From Macrostomum hystrix (taxonomy: Eukaryota; Animalia; Platyhelminthes), in the NCBI GenBank assembly GCA_950097015.1, contig CATNEN010000039.1, positions 6,324,001 through 6,388,000 of the forward strand: 64,000 nucleotides of DNA. Reading direction: 5' to 3'. The notes under the pieces are model-generated. The model was not told the origin of the DNA and ran no database searches. It saw only the letters and a program-made list of their open reading frames with translations. A program made the translations under genes and the position numbers. Each line of letters opens with the position of its first letter. Within the stretch, counting starts at the first letter, position 1. Of the stretch, positions 36,331 through 48,446 are shown piece by piece.

Positions 36331-38981
36331 GTCGTAGAGCTCAGGGCAAGCGCCGGGAGACAGTCATGCTGCCGTGCTCCGTGTGCGGCAAGAAGTTCGA
36401 CAGGCCATCTCTGCTGCAGCGGCACATGCGGACTCACACGGGCGAGAAGCCGCACGTCTGCGAAGAGTGCAACAAGGCCTTCAGCACCTCCTCCTCCTTG
36501 AACACTCACCGACGGATTCATTCGGGCGAGCGGCCGCACCAGTGCCCGGTGTGCGGCAAGAGGTTCACCGCCAGCTCCAATCTGTATTACCACCGCATGA
36601 CCCACAGCAAGGAGAAGCCTCACAAGTGTCAGGTGTGTCACAAGAGCTTCCCAACGCCTGGCGATCTGCGCAGCCATCTATACGTGCACAGCGGTCGCTG
36701 GCCTTTCAAATGCGACGAGTGCGGCCGCGGCTTCAGCAAGCAGACCAACCTGAAGAATCACCTGCTGCTCCACACCGGTGAGGAAAGGGGAGTGGGAGAT
36801 GGGGGATGGGAGATCGGATTGGGGATGGGAGATCGGATTGGGATATGAGATTATGTTGGGAAGGGAGATTGTATAGGGATGTGAGATCGGAAGTGGGTGG
36901 GTTATCATTGCGATAGTATTTTATTAGATTTCCCACTCTTGTTTTCAAATAATTACCAATATCCCTGATTCGGAATAATTTATTAGCAAGCAAAGCTTCC
37001 GTATCCTTCACTGAGAATAATGTCATGGCTGACTGACAATGGTCACATGATCCATTACAACAACAAGCCTAATGGGATAACATTATGGGGACCTGAGGCT
37101 CATTAATGTGTTGGTAATAGTTTTTTGTTCCACCAGCTGAACAACTGAAGCAATCCGTGTAATTCGGCGAGTCTCGCGACGGTGATGCAACCGCCACCCC
37201 ATCCCGACATCAGATCGCGCAACAGATCTCACAGTGATTTATTCTGGGGCTTGACTAGGGCATTGCCTTCACTTTCTCTCTGGGAAAATCACTTCCCGAT
37301 CCCATCTTGCTGCTTCAACAGATGGGCAGAATTGGAGGCCAGATAGGGAGAAAGTGACGATTTGATGGGGCGGTCCACTGGGAGGCCTGTAATTACCACC
37401 TGCTTGAGTCCCTGCGCCTCACTGTGCTCTGGACTGACTGCTAGAGTCCAGGCCTACTCAACCACTCTTTCTGGAACCCTTGTCACATTGTTGGCTGCAG
37501 AGGTCTTTGAAAATAGTGAAACACCTTTATAAAATATACTCATAGTCCAAAAGCCATTATCCAGAATTCATTATCCAATATCCATTATCCAATATCCATT
37601 ATCCAATATCCATTATCCAATATCCATTATCCAATATCCATTATCCAATATCCATTATCCAATATCCACTATCCAATATCCATTATCCAATATCCATTAT
37701 CCAATATCCATTATGCAATATCCATTATCCAATATCCATTATCCAATATCCATTATCCAATATCCATTATCCAATATCCATTATCCAATATCCATTATCC
37801 AATATCCTTTATCCAATATCCATTATCCAATATCCATTATCCAATATCCATTATCCAATATCCATTATCCAATATCCAATATCCATTATCCAATATCCAT
37901 TATCCAATATCCATTATCCAATAACCATTATCCAATATCCATTATCCAATATCCATTATCCAATAACCATTATCCAATATCCATTATCCAATATCCATTA
38001 TCCAATACCCATTATCCAATATCCATTATCCAATACCCATTATCCAATATCCAACACATTGCCAGGTGAGAAGCGGCACGAATGCGGTGTCTGCTCCAAG
38101 CGCTTCACACTGCTTTGCAATCTCAGGACGCACATCAAAACACACGATTGTAAGTTTGAAATCCTTGTCAAGTTTTACTGTTTAAAAAATGTTTTACTTT
38201 ATTCACTGTTATACAAGTTTATTTAAATTTAAGCTTTTTTCTCGCACTGTGTTGTGCAACCTACACAGAATAAGTCAGGTAGAGAATTAAATAGATGTGC
38301 ATAAGGAACTTCGGTGCCACGAAAGAGGCGCCATGGTAACCAACAGGATCCTTAATCACACCTCACCGGCTCCTCACCTAGCATTTTAACAGAAAAAAAC
38401 TGATTGACAGTGATAGAGATAACATGTCAGTTCCTTGCGGATGCAACAGAATTCTTATGTCGGACCTACCTGGAGACAGTAGAGGGGAATTTAGAATTCA
38501 GTTGCGTCACTGACCTCGCAGGGTGGCCCTCGCAGGGCTTTGATATAAAAAATTAAGAATATAAAAAAACTAATTTCACGGGCTTAACAGCGGGGAGTTC
38601 AATATTGAATTTGGCTTGGAAACCCTCGGTGGGGTGACTTGCGTCACGACCGGGATTTAAAACTTTGCTGAAGGAATTCGATAGACTATCCATCTCTATA
38701 GCCACCATATCTTTTGTCTCCTAGGTTAATAAAATAATCCAGAAATGTGATACCGAATAATAGGTATCTGAAGGCTAATTAGAATGCATTGAGTTGCCGA
38801 TTACACTCTTAACAATGCCCTGCCTTCTTTCATTCTAAGCCGAACTAATTCAACCGGTTGAGGTTCAACCAGGTGAGCAAGTTGAGGATCCACATAGCGA
38901 GCACTTTGCCGGCCTGACTGAGTCTAAGCAACCTGCTGTGACTACCACAACTGCAGCAGCCATGATGATCACCTCGACACC

Positions 38982-39013
<32 letters not shown>

Positions 39014-39161
39014 CAGTCAAGTCGCGACCTGTCAACAAGAAGATCAACTTCCGTTCCGTCGCCGAGTTGGCGCAGTCTTCTTCTGACATGGCACCTACCA
39101 CAGAAAGCAAACATCAGCAGCAGCAGCTAAAGCAGAAAAAGTCGGGCCCTTTGCCACAACC

Positions 39162-39192
<31 letters not shown>

Positions 39193-39567
39193 TCCCAGAT
39201 CCTGACGCCTGTCAAGCCGCAACCGCAATCGCCAATGTTCCAGCATCTTCAACTGCATCAGCAGCAGCAGCAGCAGCAGCATCTCCAGAGCCTCCTGTCG
39301 CTGCAAAGGCAGGCAGCGGCCGCGGCAGCAGCAGCCAGGTGCTTCCAGATTCCGCTACCACAGCAGCAGCAGCAGCAGCAGCAGCCGGGTGCACCATTCG
39401 GGGCATTTCCCCCACCGTACTACTTGCCATTTCATCCCATGCTGCCGATGGCTCTGTCGCAACTTCCGCCAGTTCAGTGGGCAGCTGCTTTTCAACAGCA
39501 GCAGCAACAGCAGCAGCAGCAACTGCAGCAGCAGCAGTCAATTCAACAGCCGAAGAGATACTCTTGA
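29947..39567 (+). CDS. PR/SET-domain C2H2 zinc-finger transcription factor (PRDM-type), six fingers, polyQ C-terminus, ~706 aa
   Basis: Exons 29947-30177, 35700-36777, 38066-38149 and 38840-39567 (intron phases 0, 1, 1; all GT-AG). PR motif CNWIRLALPAKQPSEANLLAVRQRDRVTYEAVQQLEPGDPLRIFF. Five fingers with TGEKP-type linkers in exon 2 and a sixth (HECGVCSKRFTLLCNLRTHIKTH) in exon 3. In-frame stop upstream of ATG 29947. Joining exon 1 across the 5.5-kb intron is inferred from phase and PR-like content. Confidence 0.88.
30205..31835. repeat. 20-bp G-rich minisatellite (GATGTTGGGTAGAGTGAGAG)n at the 5' end of PRDM intron 1
   Basis: About 80 units with exact 20-bp period. Explains ORFs 29907-31874 and 30187-31866. 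Confidence 0.97.
34115..34890. repeat. 22-bp C-rich minisatellite (CTACCCTCCTGTGTCTCACACT)n in the 3' half of PRDM intron 1
   Basis: Direct inspection. Explains three overlapping ORFs at 34070-34991. Confidence 0.97.
37553..38053. repeat. 14-bp almost G-free minisatellite (CCATTATCCAATAT)n abutting the PRDM exon 3 acceptor
   Basis: Direct inspection. Ends ~12 nt before the CAG at 38065. Confidence 0.97.
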
Positions 39568-40874
39568 CGTTAAGCAGTGAAACTGCAATATTGTGAAATG
39601 CGGCACTGGCTCCTAGACTCAAGATTTGGTTTGCCCTTTCTGTGTTCCACCCGAGAGTTTCACCTGATCTGAATTTTTTGTTGCCTTCGAAAATTGGCGA
39701 TTTTTCTCATGATTTTCTTCACTGCACAGCCTTGTCTCATTTTTCCTATAAATTAGCTTTTGCATGCGCAAATCTAATGCCTTTCTGTTCATATAGAGAG
39801 TTAGACTGATGTTGTACAGCACAATGCTTAACTATCCTTTCAGTTGCTAATGTCGATTATGATTAATTTTCTTAAATGAATCAGTCCATAGCCCGCATGC
39901 TTAGTTGGCTTAGTCAATCTCGCAGATAAAAGTCCAGTTGGCTTATCTGATAGGCTGGTGAGATAGCCAATCAGAGGAGAGGAAGTGGAGAGAGACGAAT
40001 AGTGACCTTATTTCGTCACAGCGCTATGAGGTATCGTATAAAAGTAGCTTTTTTAGCCATCGTGTACAGTAACAATATTGAGTGTGAGTTCGTAGTGTTT
40101 AATACGCATGTTAGAGTATGAATTTAGCTATATTCATATATTCATTTTCCTAAGTTCCCATGTTTTATTGTGTTCGCTTAGTTGCAGCATAGTTTGTAGG
40201 CGTTTAGAGGCTCGTTAGAGAATTACCCTCGCAAATCAGTAGCATAGGTAAAATATCTGTTTTTATCGGCACACAAATATAATTTTAAACTCGTTCATTT
40301 AGACTTAAATGCTTCGTCAGCACAGTTTGAAGACAGCAACATCATTGCTCAAATATTTATTCAAATATTTTTTTCTTTACCTATTCATTCAATTGATTCA
40401 TGGTATAAAAATGGGATCTATTTGATAGGGACATGAAATTGTTCAGCAGTTTTTCAACAATATCACACAATATCGGCAAAGCGGAAGGATGACCACTTCA
40501 GTACTGACCGGGATCTGCGCACAGCCCAGTTCCTTATAATAAACTAGCAATGGTTAAAAGGGCCTTGGATGGCAGGGTTGCATGGACGCAGGCAATCTGC
40601 TTTTAGTGGGCAGCATCGTGACACGCAGTGGACAGCAGCGCCATGCCTTCGATCAAAGCCTCATTGAGTTCGCTTGGGCAAGCAAGCTGTTTAGCGAAGC
40701 GATCGTCGAGCAGTTCAATAACTGCGACAATTGAGGCTGTTGCCACTGATTCCTTTGAGACATGGACTGAGCTGTTCTCAACCGTATGCTCAACTCATGA
40801 ATCACATACTGTGAGCAGTTTGCTATCAAACATTCTTGTGGATCATTGTTGTGAAGCAACCCTGCGACTCAATA

Positions 40875-41945
40875 CAACCCTGCAACCCTACAACCCTGCA
40901 ACTCTACAACCTTGCAACTCTACAACCTTGCAACTCTGCAACCTTGCAACTCTACAACCTTGCAACTCTACAACCCTGCAACCCTGCAACCCTGCAACTC
41001 TACAACTCTTCTACAACTCTATAACTCTATAACTCTACAACCCTGCAACTCTACAACCTTGCAACTCTACAACCCTGCAACCCTGCAACCCTGCAACTCT
41101 ACAACTCTTCTACAACTCTATAACTCTATAACTCTACAACCCTGCAACTCTGCAACCTTGCAACTCTACAACCCTGCAACTCTACAACCTTGCAACTCTA
41201 CAACTCTGCAACCCTGCAACCCTGCAACTCTACAACTCTATAACTCTGCAACCCTGATACTCTGCAACCCTGCAAGTCTGCAACCCTGCAACCTTGCAAC
41301 TCTGCAACCCTGCAAGTCTGCAACCCTGCAACCCTGCAACTCTGCAACCCTGCAACTCTGCAACCCATCAAATCTACAACCTGCAACTCTACAACCCTGC
41401 AACTCTACAACCCTGAAACCCTGCAACCCTGCAACCCTGCAACCCTGCAACCCTGCAACCCTGCAACCCTGCAACTCTGCAACCCATCAAATCTACAACC
41501 TGCAACTCTACAACCCTGCAACACTATAACCCTGCAACTCTACAACCCTGAAACCCTGCAACCCTGCAACTCTGCAACTCTATAACCCTGCAACTCTACA
41601 ACCCTGAAACCCTGCAACCCTGCAACTCTGCAACTCTACAACCCTGAAACCCTGCAACCCTGCAACTCTGCAACTCTACAACCCTGAAACCCTGCAACCC
41701 TGCAACCCTGCAACCCTGCAACCCTACAACCCTGCAACCCTACAACCCTGCAACTCTACAACCTTGCAACTCTACAACCCTGCAACTCTACAACCCTGCA
41801 ACTCTACAACCCTGCAACTCTACAACCCTGCAACTCTACAACCCTGAAACCCTGCAACCCTGCAACTCTACAACTCTATAACTCTGCAACTCAAAAACCC
41901 TGAAACCCTGTAACCCTACAACCCTGCAACTCTACAACCCTAAAA
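40875..41945. repeat. 8-bp variant repeat (CAACCCTG / CAACTCTA)n
   Basis: Direct inspection. The same family recurs at 43080-43610. Confidence 0.95.
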
Positions 41946-42486
41946 CTTTAAGTTAAATAATAAAGTCATTCTCTGCGAAAGCTTCCTTGTTAAAAAAATT
42001 CTGTCAAACATCAAACACACGCGCTAGCCTACTTTAAAGTAGGACACAAGACATTTTGGGCACCATTCTTTTTGCAGTCGGAAAAAACTATTTGCATTTT
42101 TCTACTCAGCCAAATCGATTCGAAGCAGTAAGTCGGCAGTTTTCCGATTGTTATGGAAACCTTCCATTAATTTACTTCCTGCTTCTATAGTTTCTTGGTA
42201 TTGTAGCGGCTCAATGTCAACACACATGCAGTGCATGCCAAGCTATTGCATGTGTTAGCACTATTGCTGCCTAGACTTTGCTCCGATGCTCCTCAATCAC
42301 ACATAGAGAGAGAGAGGCAAGTGTTGCTTACTCAATACCAAACTTCCGTAATGCTGTTGTATGTGAGAAAAGCTTGGTAAAGTATTGGAGACCTGTGCTA
42401 TATGTGTATGCTTAATTTGTTAACTTATCTCACGCATTCTACTTAATCCAAGCATTTGAATTAAACAAAATGAAAAAAAGAAATTG

Positions 42487-42566
42487 GGGTGAGAGGGTGA
42501 GAGGGTGAGAGGGTGAGGGTGAGGGTGTGAGGGTGAGAGGGTGAGGGTGAGAGGGTGAGAGGATGA

Positions 42567-42598
<32 letters not shown>

Positions 42599-43062
42599 GA
42601 GGGTGAGGGTGAGAGGGTGAGAGGGTGAGAGGGTGAGAGGGTGAGAGGGTGAGAGGGTGAGAGGGTGAGAGGGTGAGAGGGTGAGGGTGAGGGTGAGAGG
42701 GTGAGAGGGTGAGTGTGGGGGGTTGAGGGGGTGAGTGTGAGGGGGTGAGGGGGTGAGGGTGTGAGGGTGTGAGGGTGTGAGGGTGTGAGGGTGTGAGGGG
42801 GAGGGTGAGGGGGTGAGAGGGTGAGGGGGTGAGAGGGTGAGGGGGTGAGGGGGTGAGGGTGAGGGGGTGAGAGGGTGAGAGGGTGAGGGTGAGGGTGAGG
42901 TGAGGGTGAGGGTGAGGGTGAGGGGGTGAGGGCGTGAGGATGAGGGTGAGAGGGTGAGGGTGAGAGGGTGAGGGTGAGAGGGTGAGGGTGAGGGGTGAGG
43001 GGGTGAGGGTGAGAGGGTGAGGGGATGAGGGGGTGAGGGGGTGTGAGGGTGAGAGGGTGAGA
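42487..43062. repeat. G-rich (TGAGGG / TGAGAGGG)n simple repeat
   Basis: Direct inspection. Confidence 0.95.
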
Positions 43063-43079
43063 GACTGAGCTGTTCTCAA

Positions 43080-43610
43080 CAACCCTACAGGGTTCTCTAC
43101 AATTCTGCAACTCTTCAACTCTACAACCCCTGCAACCCTGCAACTCTGCAACCCTGCAACTCTGCAACCCTGCAACTGAAACGCTGCAACCCTGCAACCC
43201 TGCAACTCTACAACTCTACAACTCTGCAACCCTGCAACTCTACAACCCTGCAACTGAAACGCTGCAACCCTGCAACCCTGCAACTCTACAACTCTATAAC
43301 TCTATAACTCTGCAACCCTGCAACCCTTCAACTCTATAACTCTGCAACCCTGCAACCCTTCAACTCTATAACTCTGCAACCCTGCAACCCTTCAACTCTA
43401 TAACTCTGCAACCCTGCAACCCTTCAACTCTATAACTCTGCAACTCTACAACTCTACAACCCTGCAACCCTGCAACTCTGCAACCCTGCAACCCTGCAAC
43501 TCTGCAAACCTGCAACCCTGCAACCCTGCAACTCTGCAAGCAACTATGCAACCCTACAACCCTGCAACTCTGCAATCCTGTAACTGAAACTCTACAACTC
43601 TGCAACTCTG
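43080..43610. repeat. Second (CAACCCTG / CAACTCTA)n array
   Basis: Direct inspection. Confidence 0.95.
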
Positions 43611-44061
43611 AAGGTGGGAGGGTGAGAAGGTGAGGGTGGGAGAGAAAGTAAGAAATCTTTTGTATGCAGGACCTGCAGTTTTCCACGCTGAATTTTCGTA
43701 TTATTGTGTCGTAAAAGCAGAAAAATATTATGATTGTGAGGGGATTACTGTATGTAAATATTTAGCTCAATAAGCAGTAGAAACAGTGTTCCTATTCCGT
43801 CTCGATGATTTATTACTAAAAAGATTTACCACTCAGTGTCTGTAAGTAGTTAAGCATTTGCACTACTGCAGCTCAGAACCAAGAATTTGTCTGCTATTGA
43901 CAATGCCACGTCGACAACCAGTCCTGCTAGTGTGACTGACCGATTTTTTATGTCGCCAATTAAAGGGAAAAATGAGACCTTTTTATTATTTATATATTTC
44001 TGCATTTTCTACTTACGTACCAATCTGCCAAATCTATCTACTTATCTACCAGTCTACTCGC

Positions 44062-44203
44062 TTCATGACTTGAAGGTCGGGGGTTCGATTCTTGAGTGAT
44101 TTGTGTCCATTAGTAGGGCTCCTAAAACTCAGCTTAGCTTGTTTCACCCAGCTGTTAAGTAGCTGCCAGGTGTGGTGGCTTCCTCCCTGTCCATGGACTG
44201 AAC
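44062..44203 (+). mobile_element. SINE family A copy, 5' truncated
   Basis: GACTTGAAGGTCGGGGGTTCGATTC..TTCACCCAGCTGTTAA..GTCCATGGACTGAAC. Confidence 0.7.
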
Positions 44204-45139
44204 AGCCTTACGCAGCCTACTCATCTTCTGACCTATCCACGTATCTACTTATCTGCCAGACTATCGCTACATCCGCCATACTGCACCCATCAAAGATAGA
44301 AAAGTTTGAATTTCCTATGACACCAAGCATTGTCAGTCATATTTCATTTCCTCTCGCCAGCCAATGCTGTGTTTCAAATTCTCTATTTTTAGGCCGCGTT
44401 TAATTAGGCCTATGGTTATCTCACAGCGTCAGCAATGGACTGGTTGAAGAAAGAGGAAGTGAGAAATGGATAAACAGCTTTAGATGTGGGGTTTAGCTGT
44501 CTCCTCACCTCAAACCCGTTCCCCTTCACAATATCCCCAGCAAAGCAAGCACTTTAATTCGCTCTCTCTCTCTCTAGCGTTTCTTTCGCGGAGGTCTGAA
44601 CTCTGAAGCGAGCGGCGGCGCCCCTAGCAACCGGGGCGTGGGTCTGACGGCACACATTTGCCTCCCCTGTCTGCCCCCCCACAGCAACCCAACCAAGCCG
44701 GCTTACCTGATAGCTCCCGCAGCTTGAGAACCAAACTTCCCCTCTAGAAGAATGGAAGAGTCATTTCCTGTGGCCAATTTCAGCCAATGCCAAAACTCGA
44801 TCTGAATAACAGAAAAAATAAAAAGTAAGCAAACGATTTCAATTGGTTTTTGAGAGTTTCTTTTCGCCACGAAGCACTGGATTACGGATTAGAGTTTTTT
44901 ATTAGCTTCGGTAAACACGATTTTTCTGTCTGCATATTTTTGTAGATTCGAAGCTAGAAGAGAATCACTGCTAGACTCAGACTGGAACTCAACCTATATG
45001 ACATGGCCGCAGCAGCAAGTGAGTCAGCTCTTATTTTTGGTAAGGAATACTTGAGCATAGCCTAGATAATGGAATTCAGATATTATCTAAGAATATACAA
45101 GGTACACGTTTCTAAGAAACCTCTTTATCGGGCATTCGG

Positions 45140-45950
45140 GAGTAGGTGAGAGGGTAGGTGAGAGAGGGTAGGTGAGAGAGGGTAGGTGAGAGAGGGTAGG
45201 TGAGAGAGGGAAGGTGAGAGACGGTAGGTGAGAGAGGGAAGGTGAGAGAGGGTTGGTGAGAGACGGTAGGTGAGAGAGGGAAGGTGAGAGAGGGTTGGTG
45301 AGAGACGGTAGGTGAGAGAGGGAAGGTGAGAGAGGGTTGGTGAGAGAGGGAAGGTGAGAGAGGGAAGGTGAGAGAGGGTAGATGAGAGACGGTAGGTGAG
45401 AGACGGTAGGTGAGAGAGGGTAGGTGAGAGAGGGTAGGTGGGAGAAAGTTGGTGAGAGAGAGTAGGTGGGAGAAAGTTGGTGAGAGAGGGTAGGTGAGAG
45501 AGGGTAGGTGAGAGAGGGTAGGTAAGAGAGGGTAGGTGGGAGAGAGTTGGTGAGAGAGACGTAAGTGAGAGGGTAGGTGAGAGAGGGAAGGTGAGAGAGG
45601 GAAGGTGAGAGAGGGTAGGTGGGAGAGGGAAGGTGAGAGAGGGTTGGTGAGAGAGGGTTGGTGAGAGAGGGTAGGTGAGAGAGGGTCGATGAGAGACGGT
45701 AGGTGAGAGACGGTAGGTGAGAGAGGGTAGGTGGGAGAAAGTTGGTGAGAGAGAGTAGGTGGGAGAAAGTTGGTGAGAGAGGGTAGGTGAGAGAGGGTAG
45801 GTGAGAGAGTAGGTGAGAGGGTAGGTGAGAGAGGGTAGGTAAGAGAGGGTAGGTGAGAGAGGGTAGGTGAGAGAGTAGGTGAGAGGGTAGGTGAGAGAGG
45901 GTAGGTAAGAGAGGGTAGGTGGGAGAGAGGGAGAGAGGGGGAGAGAGGAG
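45140..45950. repeat. Purine-rich ~14-bp minisatellite (GGTAGGTGAGAGAG)n
   Basis: Direct inspection. Explains ORFs 45087-45971 and 45125-45961. Confidence 0.95.
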
Positions 45951-46304
45951 AGCGTCTCCAATCCCAGGCACTGACGCGGTAAAGAGTTAAAGCTGACTTT
46001 AATTTTTATTTTGCCGATATTTCGAATTAAAAATTCTTCGTCAGGGCAGAAAAAAGCAAATTTTACATTTACTCATAGCAATAATTTCTAGCAATAGATT
46101 ACGCTCGAACTTGTAGCAATTAAAATTAAATGTGAAGAGAAACGTGATCAACAGCGCTGAGAAATTGTTTGAACATTGGGCTTGGCCAGCGCGTGTTTGC
46201 ACTTGGCTCTTGCTTGGTTGATTCACGGCTTGCCTGCTGCTCAAAGTACTCAGTACTCAGTATAGCTTAAGAGGAAGAGAATTGGGTGAATGGAGGTTGA
46301 CAAG

Positions 46305-47565
46305 GAGGGTGAGAAGAGAGTGAAAGTGAGAGGGTGAGAGAGGGTAGATGAGAGACGGCAGGTGAGAGAGAGTAGGTGGGAGACAGTTGGTGAGAGAGAG
46401 TAGGTGAGAGAGTAGGTGAGAGAGAGTAGGTGAGAGAAAGTTGGTGAGAGAGGGTAGGTGAGAGAGTAGGTGAGAGAGAGTAGGTGAGAGAGTAGGTGAG
46501 AGAGAGTAGGTGGGAGAAAGTTGGTGAGAGAGGGTAGGTGAGAGAGTAGGTGAGAGAGTAGGTGAGAGAGTAGGTGAGAGAGAGTAGGTGAGAGAGTAGG
46601 TTAGAGAGTAGGTGAGAGAGTAGGTGAGAGAGTAGGTGAGAGAGAGTAGGTGAGAGAGTAGGTGAGAGAGTAGGTGAGAGAGAGTAGGTGAGAGAGTAGG
46701 TGAGAGAGTAGGTGAGAGAGTAGGTGAGAGAGTAGGTGGGAGAAAGTTGGTGAGAGAGAGTAGGTGAGAGAGTAGGTGAGAGAGTAGGTGAGAGAGTAGG
46801 TGAGAGAGTAGGTGGGAGAAAGTTGGTGAGAGAGAGTAGGTGAGATAGTAGGTGAGAGAGGGTAGGTGAGAGAGAGAGAGTAGGTGGGAGAAAGTTGGTG
46901 AGAGAGAGTAGGTGAGAGAGAGAGTAGGTGGGAGAAAGTTGGTGAGAGAGAGTAGGTGAGAGAGAGTAGGTGAGAGAGAGTAGGTGGGAGAAAGTTGGTG
47001 AGAGAGAGTAGGTGAGAGAAAGTTGGTGGGAGAAAGTTGGTGAGAGAGAGTAGGTGAGAGAAAGTTGGTGAGAGAGTAGGTGAGAGAGTAGGTGGGAGAA
47101 AGTTGGTGAGAGAGGGTAGGTGAGAGAGAGAGTAGGTGGGAGAAAGTTGGTGAGAGAGAGTAGGTGAGATAGTAGGTGAGAGAGAGTAGGTGAGAGAGAG
47201 TAGGTGGGAGAAAGTTGGTGAGAGAGAGTAGGTGAGAGAAAGTTGGTGAGAAAGTAGGTGAGAGAGTAGGTGGGAGAAAGTTGGTGAGAGAGAGTAGGTG
47301 AGAGAGAGAGTAGGTGGGAGAAAGTTGGTGAGAGAGAGTAGGTGAGAGAAAGTTGGTGAGAGAGTAGGTGAGAGAGTAGGTGGGAGAAAGTTGGTGAGAG
47401 AGAGTAGGTGAGAGAGAGAGTAGGTGAGAGAGAGTAGGTGAGAGAGAGAGTAGGTGGGAGAAAGTTGGTGAGAGAGAGTAGGTGAGAGAGGGTAGGTGAG
47501 AGAGAGAGTAGGTGGGAGAAAGTTGGTAAGAGAGAGTAGGTGAGAGAGAGTAGGTGAGAGAGAGG
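46305..47565. repeat. Purine-rich 12-16 bp minisatellite (GTAGGTGAGAGA / GGGAGAAAGTTGGT)n
   Basis: Direct inspection. Same family as 45140-45950. Confidence 0.95.
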
Positions 47566-48446
47566 ATGAGGAGGTGGAGGGTTGGAAAGTGGGAGTGGGC
47601 GAGGCTGAGAATGTACTGATGTAGTGTTTATTGGAGTGAATTGGCAGTTGAGCAGGAAGCCAATTCGTTGAATGCTAATTTATTATTGTCACACTGGACA
47701 GTCTAGCCGTCAGTATGGCCACGCCATTCAATAAATTCAAGATGAATGCAGGCCGGGAAATGCTGCCTAGTTGACAAAAGATGCGGCAGATTCTAAAAAA
47801 CTTGGCTAAAAGTGTGTGTTTAAAAGAAGCCAGAAAACTCCGTGCCCGCTTGGCACTCGGCTGACCCACCCAGGTTGAGAATGGGACAGAAGGTGTACAT
47901 GCATTCGGTGCTCGTTGCTATGCAAGTCTGGGCCAAGCGAGACTGCATCGGACGAGGCGCGCCCGCCCCATTGCACATTCAAAGCTAATTTGTCAAAGTT
48001 TGATGAAGCTCAGGGCTTGGCGCAGGCCAAGAGAGAGAGAGAGTGAGGTAGAAAATGTAGAAGAGTCGTCCTGTTGCTTTGACAACCGAACAGATTTGGG
48101 TGGGTGACCACAATGCACCTCGCCTTTCCTCCCCCGCCTCCCGCATTTGACAAAGTAGCTCGAAGTGAGGGATGCAGGGAGGCCGGGTGGGTGAGCAGTG
48201 CTCAAAGAATGGAGTCAGTAGCAGGGCACGAAGCCGCAGTGTGAAGATAAACAAGCGATTTTTTTAGCCCGCAAGCATTCAAACTTGCTCTTTTATTTCA
48301 AAAGCAGAAAAAAACACGCAGAGACTCGGGCACACCGACTGAGCATCGACTCAAACACGGGCGAAATCCCTGTTCTTCTGCGTGAAGTCCAGAGATAACT
48401 GCTTCACGGAAGGAGGAATTTCTGCTTCTGGAAGTTCTGAAGTCAG

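Noticed and set aside
38325-38342. RFX X-box-like motifs (also ~44620 and ~58760)
   Set aside because: Imperfect matches with no positional link to a supported TSS.
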